Of a stretch of DNA of 64,000 nt, positions 53,071 to 63,258 are shown one piece after another. Numbering within the stretch: the stretch's first letter is position 1; each line of letters opens with the position of its first letter. A program made the position numbers and the translations under genes. The DNA is from Polyangiaceae bacterium (lineage in GTDB: Bacteria > Myxococcota_A > Polyangia > Polyangiales > Polyangiaceae): the NCBI GenBank assembly GCA_035063585.1, contig JAPSGB010000005.1, positions 32,001 to 96,000 of the forward strand, given 5' to 3'. Below the pieces are notes generated by a model. The model was not told the DNA's origin and did no database searches. It saw only the letters and a program-made list of their open reading frames with translations.

Positions 53071-53679
53071 ATGAAGCAGAAAGGGCGGCTGCTCGTCTGC
53101 TGCGCCGCGGCCTGGCTCGTGACGTTCGGGTGCGGGGGCTCGGTCTCGACAGAGGCCGGAGCGGGCGGCGGCGGAGCGTCCGGAGCAGGGGGCTCGAGCG
53201 GCCTCGGCGGAGCGGGAACCGGCGGGGCGGGATCCGGCGGGGGAGGGACCGGCGGGGCGGGAACCGGCGGAACCGGTCTCGATGGCGGCGTGGACGCCCG
53301 CCCCGATGTCGTCGATGCCGCGCCGGACTACTTCGAGCCCGGCTGCCCGGACGCCGAGGTGCCGCCCCCGGACTACCAGTGTGACCCGCTGGCGACGCCG
53401 AGCGACTGCGGGCCGGGCGAGGCCTGCTACCCATACGTAGAGTACCCCTCGCAGCCCTGCGAGACGGAGCGTTACGGCACCTATTGCGTCGTAGCCGGGA
53501 CCGGTAAGCAGGGCGATCCGTGCGGCGGCGACGTGTGCGCGGCCGGCTTCGTGTGCGCCATCGGAGGCTCGAACGGCGCGCAGTGCATGCAGATCTGCTC
53601 GATGGACGGGAAGCGGAAGTGCCCGCCGGGTTTGCTCTGTCAGTCGCTCGACGTGGGGGACCTTCACGTATGCTTCTGA
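53071..53679 (+). CDS. Cys-rich lipoprotein with Gly-rich linker
   Basis: TFGC putative lipobox, GGAGTGG repeats, Cys-rich C-terminal half. Confidence 0.7.
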   Translation: MKQKGRLLVCCAAAWLVTFGCGGSVSTEAGAGGGGASGAGGSSGLGGAGTGGAGSGGGGTGGAGTGGTGLDGGVDARPDVVDAAPDYFEPGCPDAEVPPPDYQCDPLATPSDCGPGEACYPYVEYPSQPCETERYGTYCVVAGTGKQGDPCGGDVCAAGFVCAIGGSNGAQCMQICSMDGKRKCPPGLLCQSLDVGDLHVCF

Positions 53680-55286
53680 GCCGCTCGGTGCCGCTCGCGC
53701 TCGGCGGCGCGACCCTCGTCGCGCTCGCGCTCGCGCCGCTCGGGTGCGGCGCGAAATCCGGTCTGCGTGGCGCGCTCGCTGACGCCGGCGCCGACGCCGG
53801 CGCGGACGCTGACCTCGACGCCGGCACCGACGCCGACGCCGATGGCTCGCCCGAGTGCGAAGCGGACTCGGACTGTCGCACGGACGATCTCTGTTCGACG
53901 CGCGCCTGCGTAGAGGGTGTGTGCCAGGCGCCGCTCCCGGTCGACTGCGACGACGCCGACGAGTGCACCGCCGACCGCTGCGTGCCCGAGACCGGAGCAT
54001 GCGAGCGCAAACCGCTCACCCTCGACCAGGACGGTGACGGGCATCCAGGGCCGCGCCCCGGCCACGCTCCCGGCTCGCCCGGCGCCTGCGGTGACGACTG
54101 CGACGACACCAACCCGCGGGCGTACCCCGGCGGGAAGGAGGTCTGCGACGGCGTCGACAACGACTGCAACGGTGTGGTCGACGACGACATGTCCTACGTG
54201 CCTGCGGGGTCGGGCGATGTCGTCATCTCCGGCGGGCACAAACAGGCCGGGATCGGCGGCGCGGCGTGGAACGGCGAGCTCTATGCCGCCAGCTACACCG
54301 CGCAGGACACCCGCTGGCGAAACTACGTGAAGGGGCTCGCCGCGGACGGCAGCACCGCGTTCGACGAGACCGCGATCACCGCCATGACCAGCGACTCCTA
54401 TTCGGGGCCGGTGGTGTGGACGGGGGCGATGTTCGGCACCGCCTGGGAAGATCGCCGGGACGGCAATTACGAGATCTATTTCAACCGGCTCGGTAAGCGC
54501 GGCGACAAACTGTCGGCCGATCTCCGGCTCACCGACGCCGGGAATTTCTCGCTGCACCCGGCCGTCGTCTGGAACGGCGTCGAGTTCCTCGTGGTGTGGG
54601 ACGATCGGCGCGACGGGGTGGCGTCGATTTACGGGCAGCGCGTGGACGTCGACGGAAATAAGGTGGGCGGCAACGTTGCCGTCTCGTCTACCGGTATCGC
54701 CGCCGAGTCGCCCGTGCTGGCCGAGGGCGAGGCCTCGCTCGGGGTCGTCTACAACGTCGGCGATCCGAGCAACCCCTCCGTCATGTTCCGCCTGCTCCGA
54801 CCGGATCTCACCGCGAGCGCAGCCCCCATCGTCTTGTCGACGAACGACGCCACCGACGCAGTGATCGTCTTCAGCGGCGATCGCTACGTGGCCGCGTGGT
54901 CCACGCGCTCGAGCGTGCCCGGCGACTCGATCTGGGGCGCGACCATCGGTGAAGATGGCGCCATCATCCAGCCCGCGAAACGTCTCACCACGGGCGCGAG
55001 CTTCGCTCGCTCCGAGTCGCTCTTGCCGCTCGGTGATCGCCTGCTCTTGGTCTGGGCCGACGACCACGACGGCAACTACGAGCTCTACAGCAAGCTCTTG
55101 TCCCCCGCGCTCGAAGAGCTCTCGCCGCGCGCGCGTATCACTCACGACGGCGCGGACAGCGTGAACCCGATCGCCGTCTTCGGTCCGAACGGCGACGTGG
55201 GCGTGGTGTTCGACGACACCCGCAGCGGCACCTGGCGGAGCTACTTCACGCGGCTCGTCTGCCAAGCCGGCGGCGGCGGAGACTAG
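53670..55286 (+). CDS. Surface lipoprotein with Cys/Asp-rich (MopE-like putative metal-binding) repeat and propeller-like domain
   Basis: PLGC, DAGADA linker, CDDADECTADRC, DCDDTNPRAYPGGKEVCDGVDNDCNGVVDD, repeated W.D.RDGNYEIY. Confidence 0.75.
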   Translation: MLLSRSVPLALGGATLVALALAPLGCGAKSGLRGALADAGADAGADADLDAGTDADADGSPECEADSDCRTDDLCSTRACVEGVCQAPLPVDCDDADECTADRCVPETGACERKPLTLDQDGDGHPGPRPGHAPGSPGACGDDCDDTNPRAYPGGKEVCDGVDNDCNGVVDDDMSYVPAGSGDVVISGGHKQAGIGGAAWNGELYAASYTAQDTRWRNYVKGLAADGSTAFDETAITAMTSDSYSGPVVWTGAMFGTAWEDRRDGNYEIYFNRLGKRGDKLSADLRLTDAGNFSLHPAVVWNGVEFLVVWDDRRDGVASIYGQRVDVDGNKVGGNVAVSSTGIAAESPVLAEGEASLGVVYNVGDPSNPSVMFRLLRPDLTASAAPIVLSTNDATDAVIVFSGDRYVAAWSTRSSVPGDSIWGATIGEDGAIIQPAKRLTTGASFARSESLLPLGDRLLLVWADDHDGNYELYSKLLSPALEELSPRARITHDGADSVNPIAVFGPNGDVGVVFDDTRSGTWRSYFTRLVCQAGGGGD

Positions 55287-56197
55287 CTGCGGAGCGTCGG
55301 AAGCCCGGCCTGGTGCACCTTGCCCGGGAGCCGGCGGCCGACCACCGCCTCGGCGACTCGGCCCGCCTCGAGGAGCTTCGGCAAGTCGATGCCCGTCTCG
55401 ATACCCATCCCGTGCAGCAGGTAGACGAGGTCTTCGGTCGCCAGGTTGCCGGCCGCGCCGGGCGCGTACGGGCAGCCGCCGAGACCCCCGACCGACGCGT
55501 CGAAATCACGAAACCCGAGCTCGAGGCCGACCAGGGCGTTGGCGAGCGCCGTGCCGCGGGTGTCGTGGAAGTGCAGCGCGAGCTTACTCGCCGGTAGCTC
55601 GGACAAGAAGAGCCGGCAGATGTCCCGCGTCTCGAGCGGAGTCCCGACGCCGATGGTGTCACCGAGGCTCACCTGATAGCAGCCGAGCTCGAGGAGCCGG
55701 TGCGTGAGCTCGAGGGAGCGCTTGGGATCGACCTTGCCCTCGTAGGGGCAGCCCCACACCGTCGACACGTAGGCGCGGACGCGCATGCCCGCCGCCAGCG
55801 CCGGCGGCACGAGCTCGCCGAACACGAGGAGCGACTGCTCGATGCTCTTGTTGGTGTTCTTGCGGTTGTGCGTCTCGCTCGCGCTCATGAAGACCGCGAT
55901 CTCGGTCAGCCCGGCCGCGCGCGCGCGTTCGAAGCCCTTGGCGTTCGGGCAGAGCGCGCTCAAGGTCACGCCGGCCGGGGCCCGTACGCGCTGCACGAGC
56001 TCGTCGGCGTCGGCGAGCTGCGGCACCCAGCGCGGCGACACGAAGCTCGTGAGCTCGATGCGAGACAGGCCGCTCGCGATGAGCGCCTGGAGGAGCTGCA
56101 CCTTGCCCTCGAGCGAGATCGGCGCGGCCTCGTTCTGCAGGCCGTCCCGAGGGGAGACCTCATAGACGGAGACGCGATCAGGGAGCTTGTCGAACAT
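55283..56197 (-). CDS. Hydroxymethylglutaryl-CoA lyase
   Basis: EVSPRDGLQNE, SLGDTIG, HFHDTRG, GLGGCPYAPGAAGNLATED. Confidence 0.94.
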   Translation of the reverse strand: MFDKLPDRVSVYEVSPRDGLQNEAAPISLEGKVQLLQALIASGLSRIELTSFVSPRWVPQLADADELVQRVRAPAGVTLSALCPNAKGFERARAAGLTEIAVFMSASETHNRKNTNKSIEQSLLVFGELVPPALAAGMRVRAYVSTVWGCPYEGKVDPKRSLELTHRLLELGCYQVSLGDTIGVGTPLETRDICRLFLSELPASKLALHFHDTRGTALANALVGLELGFRDFDASVGGLGGCPYAPGAAGNLATEDLVYLLHGMGIETGIDLPKLLEAGRVAEAVVGRRLPGKVHQAGLPTLRS

Positions 56198-56250
56198 CGC
56201 CCACGGAGCGAGACACATACCACACCCTCGCGCCCGCGGGCCTCCTCGCC

Positions 56251-56277
56251 GCACCGCCGGCCGCGCCGGACCGGCAT
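56251..56277 (+). repeat. Dispersed intergenic GC-rich motif copy
   Basis: GCACCGCCGGCCGCGCCGGACCGGCAT, just past the purF stop. Confidence 0.45.
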
Positions 56278-56288
56278 CCCTCCGGGGC

Positions 56289-57743
56289 TCAGGTGTCGTT
56301 CAGGCGGGTGTGGCGGTGGCCCGGATGGGGGGTGACCGGGATCGGGTAGTCACCGCTCCAGCAGGCGTGGCAGAAGCTGTTCGCGTCGAGCGGCTCGCGC
56401 ACGATGGGGAGCGCGCCCGCGCGCGCCGGCCGATCCTGGGCCGCTCGGTGGGTGCCGAGCACCGCGCCGATCATCCGGTCGAGTGAGAGGTAGGCGAGGG
56501 AGTCGCTGGTGATGTAGCGGTTGATCTCCTCGATGCTGTGGCTCGAGGCGATGAGCTCCGCTCGCGTCGGGGTGTCGATGCCGTAGTAGCAAGGCCAGCG
56601 CGTGGGCGGGCTCGAGATCCGCATGTGCACCTCGCGAGCGCCCGCGTTGCGGAGCATCTTCACGATCTTGCGGCTCGTGGTGCCGCGGACGATGCTGTCG
56701 TCGATCACGATGACGCGCTTGCCGCGCAGGGCGTCGCTCACCGGGTTCAGCTTCAGGCGCACGCCGAAGTGCCGGATGCTCTGCTGCGGCTCGATGAAGG
56801 TGCGGCCCACGTAGTGGCTGCGGACCAGGCCCATCTCGAAGCGGAGCTTGGAGCGTTCGGCGTAGCCGATGGTCGCGGGGACGCCCGAATCGGGGACCGG
56901 GATGACGACGTCGCCGTCGACCGGGTGTTCGTCGGCGAGCGCGCGGCCGAGCGCCTTTCGTGCCTCGTAGACGCTGACCCCGTCGATGACCGAATCGGGT
57001 CGCGCGAAGTAGACGTACTCGAAGATGCAGAGGTGCCGCTGCGCCTTGGCGAACGGGCGGAGCGAGCGCAGCCCGCGGCGATCGAACACCACCATCTCGC
57101 CCGGTTCGATTTCGCGGACGAAATCCGCGTCGATGAGGTCGAAGCTGCTCGGCTCGCTCGCGACCACCCAGGCGTCGGTCTTGCCGCGCATGACGCCGAG
57201 GCACAAGGGCCGGATCCCCATTGGATCACGGACCGCGATCATGGCCTCCTCGGTGAGGCAGAGGAGCGAGTAGGCGCCCTCCACCTGCCCGAGGGCCTCG
57301 GCCAGGCGCTCCTCGAGTTGGTCCTTGGCGCTCAGCGCGACCAGGTGGACCACGACCTCGGTGTCGCTCTCGCTCTGGAAGATCGAGCCGCGATCCTCCA
57401 GCCGCTCGCGGATCGCCTCGGCGTTGGTGAGGTTGCCGTTGTGCGCGAGCGCGATGGAGCCGCGAGCCCAGTCGACGGCGATGGGCTGGGCGTTCTTCAG
57501 GTATGAGCCGCCGGCGGTCGAGTAGCGGACGTGCCCGATGGCGTTCTCGCCCGTCAGCTTGGCGAGCTGCTCGGGCGTGAACACGTCGATGACGTGCCCC
57601 ATGCCGCGGTGCAGGCTGAGCTGCTGGCCGTCGCTCACCACGATGCCGGCGCTCTCTTGGCCGCGGTGCTGGAGCGCGTGGAGGCCGAGGTAGGTGAGGT
57701 TTGCTGCCTCGGGGTGGCCGAAGATGCCGAAGACGCCGCACAT
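56289..57743 (-). CDS. purF: Amidophosphoribosyltransferase ([4Fe-4S] type)
   Basis: [31 protein letters not shown], Cys motifs CIFE, PCYYG, CHAC. Confidence 0.97.
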   Translation of the reverse strand: MCGVFGIFGHPEAANLTYLGLHALQHRGQESAGIVVSDGQQLSLHRGMGHVIDVFTPEQLAKLTGENAIGHVRYSTAGGSYLKNAQPIAVDWARGSIALAHNGNLTNAEAIRERLEDRGSIFQSESDTEVVVHLVALSAKDQLEERLAEALGQVEGAYSLLCLTEEAMIAVRDPMGIRPLCLGVMRGKTDAWVVASEPSSFDLIDADFVREIEPGEMVVFDRRGLRSLRPFAKAQRHLCIFEYVYFARPDSVIDGVSVYEARKALGRALADEHPVDGDVVIPVPDSGVPATIGYAERSKLRFEMGLVRSHYVGRTFIEPQQSIRHFGVRLKLNPVSDALRGKRVIVIDDSIVRGTTSRKIVKMLRNAGAREVHMRISSPPTRWPCYYGIDTPTRAELIASSHSIEEINRYITSDSLAYLSLDRMIGAVLGTHRAAQDRPARAGALPIVREPLDANSFCHACWSGDYPIPVTPHPGHRHTRLNDT

Positions 57744-57872
57744 GACGTTGGGGGAGGCTTTGGACCGAAACGACCGGGCGCGCAACGAGGAAACGCGCTG
57801 ATCCGGGCGCCCAGTCGAATAGTACGGAACTATTGCGGCTTTCGGCGCGGTGCGGGTTATTCTGCGAGCCGC

Positions 57873-60596
57873 ATGGGCGCCCTGGACGAGCTGCTCGCGG
57901 CGTGGCGAACCAACCCCGACGCCGAGGCGACGGTCGCGATTTGTTCCTACGTCGGATACTCGGGTCCAGAGTCGCTGGTCCGAGAGATCGGTACCAGTGC
58001 CGAGGCGTGGCACGCGCAAGACGGCGTCGTGATGCTCGCCGTTGGTCGCATGTACCTCGACGCGGGCCTCCTCGTGGAGGCGCAGGCCGCGCTCGTGAGC
58101 GCGGGGAAGGCGATGGGGCGCGATCCGCGCGCCTATCGCTATCTCGGAGAGGTCCTGCTCCGGCGCGGCGACGCGATGCGCGCGGAGAAGGTGCTCGCGC
58201 GCGCGATCGAGCTCGGCGATGGCGCCGACGCCCGGCTCTGGCACGACCGCGCCGTAGTCTACGCGGCGCTGCAGAAGCGGGTCGGTCCTGCCGCGGTCGC
58301 GACCGAGGTCGCGCGCACCGCGCCGAAGCAGACGTCGATCCCTCCGCCTTCGATGCCCGCGCGCCCCGCATTCGCGTCGGAGCCTCCGACCGTGGCAAAT
58401 CGTCCGGCGGTGGTCGAGCCGAAGGCGCGGAGCGTGCCGCCGCCGCTGCCCAAGAGCCCTCTGGCGACGGGCGGAGCGCCGCCGCTCGGAGCGCCGTCGC
58501 TCGGCGCGCCGCGCGTGCCGGAGTTCCTCGGCGCGCCGCCCGCGCCGCCGCCGGCCTTCACCCCGCCGCCGGCCTTCACTCCTCCGCCGCCGCCCGCGGT
58601 GTCGCCGCCGCTGGCCGCTCCGCCGTCGCCGCCGCTGGCCGCTCCGCCGTTTACGGCGCCGGCTCCCGAACCCGTATTTCATGACGCCGCCGGGGTCGGT
58701 GACGACCACGCCTCGATGGTGCTCGAGCACCTGGCGCGGGTCGGCGTCTACGAGCCGAAGGGCGGCGCGCCGCCCGCGTGGGAGACGGCCGCGAAGCAGA
58801 AGTCCCGCGGCTCCTGGGTCTTCGCGGTCGCCACCGTGCTCGCGCTCGGCGCGGGCGGCGGCATCTACGGGTACGCGCGCCACGTGCGCCTCGAGCGCGA
58901 GGCCGAGGCGAAGAGCATGAGCGACCAGGTCGACCATCTGCTCCACTCGGGCTCCGTGTCGGAGCTCCGCGCCACCGACGACAAGCTCTCGCGCATCTTC
59001 GAGCTCGATTCGCGGAGCCAGCGGGCCTCGCTCCTCTGGCTCGACAACCGCGTCCTCGGCGCGCTCGTACTGCCGGGCGAGCCGCGCGGCATCGACTCCG
59101 CCATGCAGCGCGCGCTCGCGACCGGAGCCGCGGAGAAGGACGTCGCGTTTGCCCGCATCGCCTCGTTCCTCGCCGACGGCGACCTGGCCGGCGCCGCCGC
59201 GCAGCTCCCGAAGTGGGACAAGCTCGCCGGCGACAGCGCGTTCTACCAGCTCGCCGCGGGTGCGGTGCTCGAGCGCGCCGGCGACTTGCGCGCGGTCGAG
59301 CGCTATCAAGCCGCGCGTGACCGCGATCCGGCGCTCGTGCTCGCGAAGCTGCTCTTGGCGCGGCTGGTGCTGCTCGAGGCGGGCGCCGAGAAGGGCAAGC
59401 CGATGGTCGAGGCGGTGACCGGAGCGCTCGGCCAGCGCGTCGACGCCAAGGCGCTTCGCGCGCTCGCCTGGGTGGTCGATCCGGCGCGGCCGGCGTCCCT
59501 GCCGGAGGACGCGCGCGTATCGCCCGCCGACGTCGCGCAGTTGCCCGTGCCGCTCGGCTCGGTGCCGTACATGGTGCAGGCGCTCGAGGCGATGCGCGAC
59601 GGTCGCGCGACCGACGCGGTGCAGGCGATCGAGCTCGGCCTCCGCTACGCCGACACGCCTGCGGTGGCGACGCGCCTCGGCTTCTTGGCGATCGAGGTCG
59701 GAGACGCCGCGCTCGCGCGCAGGGCGGCGCTCCGCGCGCTCGGGTTCTCCGCGATGTATCCCGGCGCGCGCGTGCTGGCGTCGCGAGTCGCGCTCCTCTC
59801 CGGCCGGGTCGCCGAGGCCAGCAAAGCCATCGAGGGGCTCGATCCACGGGAGCCGGAGGTGCTCATCGTGCGCGCGGTGCTCGCCTACGAGACGTTCGAC
59901 ACGAGCGAGCTCGAGTCCGCGGTGTCGGCGTTTGGTGACGCGGCGCGCTCTCGGCCCGACCTGGCGGGCCTCGCCGCCGCGCCACGCGTGCTCGCCGGTA
60001 AGGAGGAGCCTGCCGCGGCCGAGCTCACCCAGATGGCGCGCCCGAGTGTTCCGTGGGGTGAGGTCATCGCGATGGACGCCGCGCTCGACACGGGCGACCT
60101 CGAGCTCGCCGCCAAGCTCGCCCAGGGCTTCGGGAAGGAGACGGCCTCGCAGCCCGCGGTCCTCGTGCGGCTAGCGCGGCTCGCGCGCTACCAAGGTCAC
60201 GAGGCCGAGCTTGCGGCGCTGGTCGACCGCGAGCCCGACGCCGCCGCGATGACCGCGCGTGAGTTGGTAGAGCGCACCCTCGACCTCTTGGCGCTCGGGC
60301 GAGGCGAGAGTGCGCGCGCGCTGCTCGAGAAGTACCCGAGCGTGCTCGGGCCGATGACCGGATGGCTCCAGGTCCTCGCGCAGGTGGCGACTCATCAGAA
60401 GCCCGCGGCGCAGGTCAAGGCGTCGTCCCTCGAGCTGCCGCTCGAGATCGCGCCGCTGCCGCTGCGGCTGATGGCCGCCCGCGCGGTCGCCGCGGTCGGC
60501 GATCGACGGGCCAAGGGCTACCTCGCGGAGCTGCTTGCGCGCGCGCCGAAGAACCCTGATCTCAAGCTCGCCGGCGACGACCTGGGCAGGCGCTGA
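57873..60596 (+). CDS. Bitopic TPR-like protein with Pro-rich linker
   Basis: N-terminal TPR-like helices, PPPAFTPPP linker, [22 protein letters not shown], long Ala/Leu helical C-terminal region. Confidence 0.65.
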   Translation: MGALDELLAAWRTNPDAEATVAICSYVGYSGPESLVREIGTSAEAWHAQDGVVMLAVGRMYLDAGLLVEAQAALVSAGKAMGRDPRAYRYLGEVLLRRGDAMRAEKVLARAIELGDGADARLWHDRAVVYAALQKRVGPAAVATEVARTAPKQTSIPPPSMPARPAFASEPPTVANRPAVVEPKARSVPPPLPKSPLATGGAPPLGAPSLGAPRVPEFLGAPPAPPPAFTPPPAFTPPPPPAVSPPLAAPPSPPLAAPPFTAPAPEPVFHDAAGVGDDHASMVLEHLARVGVYEPKGGAPPAWETAAKQKSRGSWVFAVATVLALGAGGGIYGYARHVRLEREAEAKSMSDQVDHLLHSGSVSELRATDDKLSRIFELDSRSQRASLLWLDNRVLGALVLPGEPRGIDSAMQRALATGAAEKDVAFARIASFLADGDLAGAAAQLPKWDKLAGDSAFYQLAAGAVLERAGDLRAVERYQAARDRDPALVLAKLLLARLVLLEAGAEKGKPMVEAVTGALGQRVDAKALRALAWVVDPARPASLPEDARVSPADVAQLPVPLGSVPYMVQALEAMRDGRATDAVQAIELGLRYADTPAVATRLGFLAIEVGDAALARRAALRALGFSAMYPGARVLASRVALLSGRVAEASKAIEGLDPREPEVLIVRAVLAYETFDTSELESAVSAFGDAARSRPDLAGLAAAPRVLAGKEEPAAAELTQMARPSVPWGEVIAMDAALDTGDLELAAKLAQGFGKETASQPAVLVRLARLARYQGHEAELAALVDREPDAAAMTARELVERTLDLLALGRGESARALLEKYPSVLGPMTGWLQVLAQVATHQKPAAQVKASSLELPLEIAPLPLRLMAARAVAAVGDRRAKGYLAELLARAPKNPDLKLAGDDLGRR

Positions 60597-60636
60597 TGCG
60601 CGCGCTTCGAGCCGCGGCGAGCTCGCATCCGGGCGG

Positions 60637-61959
60637 CTAGTTGGTGGTGACGACCACGCCGAGCGTGGCTGTGAGCTCCGACGTGGAGGAGTCGCGTGCC
60701 CGCTTCGGGAACGCGCCGAGCGCGGCGCCATCGGCGGCCGTGGGCGCATCCAGCTGGACGTCATCGCGGGCGTCGAGGCGAATGATGAGGTTGTCGCTCG
60801 GCTTGGCCTCGAGCGTGAGCGTGCCCGTGACGAACGACGACTGGTCGAGCCCGGTGCCGAAGAAATCGTTACGATCGTGGAGCGCCTCGCCGCGCAGCGC
60901 GACCCCCCACACCGGCGAGAGCTGGTAGCGGCCCATGAGCGAAGCGCCGTACCAGGTCTGGCGCGTGATGGTGCTCGACCCGTGGCTCGGGTCGCGCCGC
61001 CCCTGGGTTCCATAGTCGGCGTTCAGCGCCAGCCCGAGCGCCGGCGTCGGGCTCCAGCGCACCGCGACATCGACGAGGTGTCGCCAGGCGGCGAACTGGT
61101 TTGCCTCGCCGCGATCGACGGTGACGGTTCCTCCGGGCGCTCCGGCGGCTCCGACGCAGGAGCCCGCGCCCGGGTCGTAAGCGGTGCCCGGCGCGCAGTC
61201 GATGGTCGCCGAGTCGGGTTGCTCCGGGCCGCCCATCCAGCCGAGGCGTATCGACAGCGTGTCGGTCGGGGCGACCCCGAGCGAGAGAGCGAAGCTCTTG
61301 CCCGTGTTGTCGTCGACGGTGGCGTTCCAGCCGTTCACGACCAGCGTCGTCACGTCGAGCCCGTCCGTGACGTCGTAGCGTGCGCGGAGACCGGTGGTGA
61401 AGTTGGGCTGAGCCAGCCAGTAGAGCGCGCCGCGCGTGTAGTTGAAGTTGGCTTGGCTGTCGGCGAGCTCGGTCCCGAAGATCCCGTCGAATTTTCCGAA
61501 ATCGAGCTGGAGCGCGCGCGTCGGTCGCCAGGCGGCGAAGGCTTGCTTCACCATCTCGAGCCCGTGCTCGGCGTCGCGCCCGGCGTAGCTCTTCGCGCTC
61601 GGGCCGAAGCGCAAGTCGAGGGTGCCCCCCACCGGGGCCGGAGCATAGCTCGCGTCGAGGCCGACCCACGAGAGCCCCGCGCCCGAGCTCGCCGCGCTCG
61701 GACCGAGCACGGACGTGGCGCGCTCGGGCTTCGGGAAGTTGGTGTTCACCCGCGCATACGCGTCGATGAACGCGCCGAGCGAGAGCGCGTCGTACCACGG
61801 TGACGCCTCGGGCGGAGGCGGCGGCGCCACGTCTTCTTGTGCCAGCGCCGCGCTCGACCACGCGAGCGCCGAAACGCAGGCGAGCGCCGCCACGCGACCG
61901 CGCCCTCGGGCGGAGACGGGGTGAGGCGCCTTGGCCATTCGAGTGTCAGACCGCGTCAT
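60637..61959 (-). CDS. Outer-membrane beta-barrel porin (BBP2/DUF1597-like)
   Basis: Signal peptide, GAFIDAY, DFGKF..IFGTE, NFNYTR, NGWN..DDN.GKS, ALRGE; start uncertain (61959 or 61938). Confidence 0.75.
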   Translation of the reverse strand: MTRSDTRMAKAPHPVSARGRGRVAALACVSALAWSSAALAQEDVAPPPPPEASPWYDALSLGAFIDAYARVNTNFPKPERATSVLGPSAASSGAGLSWVGLDASYAPAPVGGTLDLRFGPSAKSYAGRDAEHGLEMVKQAFAAWRPTRALQLDFGKFDGIFGTELADSQANFNYTRGALYWLAQPNFTTGLRARYDVTDGLDVTTLVVNGWNATVDDNTGKSFALSLGVAPTDTLSIRLGWMGGPEQPDSATIDCAPGTAYDPGAGSCVGAAGAPGGTVTVDRGEANQFAAWRHLVDVAVRWSPTPALGLALNADYGTQGRRDPSHGSSTITRQTWYGASLMGRYQLSPVWGVALRGEALHDRNDFFGTGLDQSSFVTGTLTLEAKPSDNLIIRLDARDDVQLDAPTAADGAALGAFPKRARDSSTSELTATLGVVVTTN

Positions 61960-62056
61960 GATCGGCTCCTTCTCTCGAGGGCTCGGGCCGAGCCCCAGGC
62001 GCCTCGCGGGGCGCTCCTCGTCCGGGTTCGTACCAGCTTCGCGCCCGAGCGCGCCG

Positions 62057-62093
62057 AAAAAAAGGGCGCGAGGCCGGCCTCGGCCTCCCGCCC
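62057..62093 (-). terminator. Intrinsic terminator after pilT
   Basis: Minus strand GGGCG-G-GAGGCC / loop / GGCCTC-G-CGCCC followed by T7, 11 nt after the pilT stop. Confidence 0.75.
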
Positions 62094-62104
62094 ATGGGCA
62101 CCCG

Positions 62105-63235
62105 TCAGCGGGGGCGTGCACCCTCGCCCAGCGTCCCCGCCGGCCCTCCCTGCTGAATCATGTTAGTGAGCTCGTCGGGCTCGTTCGAGCGGCCCATCGC
62201 CTCCTCGAGGCTGATGAGGCGCCGCGCGTAGAGCGAGTAGAGGCTCTGGTTCAGGGTCTGCATGCCGTGCTTTAGCTGGCCCACCTGCATCTGCGAGTAG
62301 ATCTGGTGGACCTTGTCTTCGCGGATGAGGTTTCGGATGGCCGCGTTCGGCACCATCACCTCGAGCGCGAGCACCCGCCCGGGCGCGCCTGCGCGTGGGA
62401 GCAGGAGTTGGCTCAGCACCCCTTCGAGCACGAACGAGAGCTGCGCGCGCACCTGCGGCTGCTGGTGCGGTGGGAAGACGTCGATGATGCGGTTGATGCT
62501 CTGGAGCGCCGAGTTGGTGTGGAGCGTCGCGAAGACGAGATGGCCCGTCTCCGCGATGGTGAGCGCGGACTCGATGGTCTCGAGATCACGCATCTCGCCG
62601 ACCAGGACCACGTCCGGGTCCTGCCTGAGCACGTACTTGAGCGCGTCCTTGAAGGAGCTCGTGTCGCTGCCGATCTCGCGCTGGTTGACGATGCAGCGCT
62701 TGTGCGGGTGGAGGTACTCGATGGGATCCTCCACGGTCATGATGTGTTGCCGCGTCTCACTGTTGATCTTGTCTATGATCGACGCGAGCGTGGTGCTCTT
62801 GCCCGAGCCGGTAGGCCCGGTGACGAGGATGAGCCCCCTCGGGCGAGACGACAGATCGGCGACGACCGGCGGTAGCCCGAGCTCGTCGAAGCTCAGGATC
62901 TTGAACGGAATGGAGCGGAACGCGGCCGACACCGCGCCGCGCTGCAGGAAGATGTTGGCGCGGAAGCGAGACAGGTTCTTCACGCCGAAGGAGAGGTCGA
63001 GTTCCTTGTGCTTCTCGAAGGCGATCTTCTGCTCCTCCGTCAGGACCGAATAGCAGAGCTGCTTGGTCTCGACCGGGGACAGCGGCTGGAGCTTCAGCGG
63101 TACGATGGCGCCGTCGATCCGGAGCAGCGGCGGAGAGCCGGTGGTGATGTGCATGTCGCTCGCGCCCTTCTCGATCATGGCGCGGAGCAACTGGTGGAGG
63201 TTGACCTTGAGGCCCTCTTGCCCGTCGTAGCTCAT
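62105..63235 (-). CDS. pilT: Type IV pilus retraction ATPase
   Basis: ASDMHI, GPTGSGKSTT, EDPIEY, LRQDPD.VLVGEMRD, AETGHLV, AIRNLIRE. Confidence 0.96.
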   Translation of the reverse strand: MSYDGQEGLKVNLHQLLRAMIEKGASDMHITTGSPPLLRIDGAIVPLKLQPLSPVETKQLCYSVLTEEQKIAFEKHKELDLSFGVKNLSRFRANIFLQRGAVSAAFRSIPFKILSFDELGLPPVVADLSSRPRGLILVTGPTGSGKSTTLASIIDKINSETRQHIMTVEDPIEYLHPHKRCIVNQREIGSDTSSFKDALKYVLRQDPDVVLVGEMRDLETIESALTIAETGHLVFATLHTNSALQSINRIIDVFPPHQQPQVRAQLSFVLEGVLSQLLLPRAGAPGRVLALEVMVPNAAIRNLIREDKVHQIYSQMQVGQLKHGMQTLNQSLYSLYARRLISLEEAMGRSNEPDELTNMIQQGGPAGTLGEGARPR

Positions 63236-63258
63236 GTTTCGTCTCCGCCTATCTCGCT

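Noticed and set aside
58540..58660. Short direct repeats (CCGCCGGCCTTCAC, CCGCCGCTGGCCGCTCCGCCG)
   Set aside because: They encode the Pro-rich protein linker and are not a separate DNA element.
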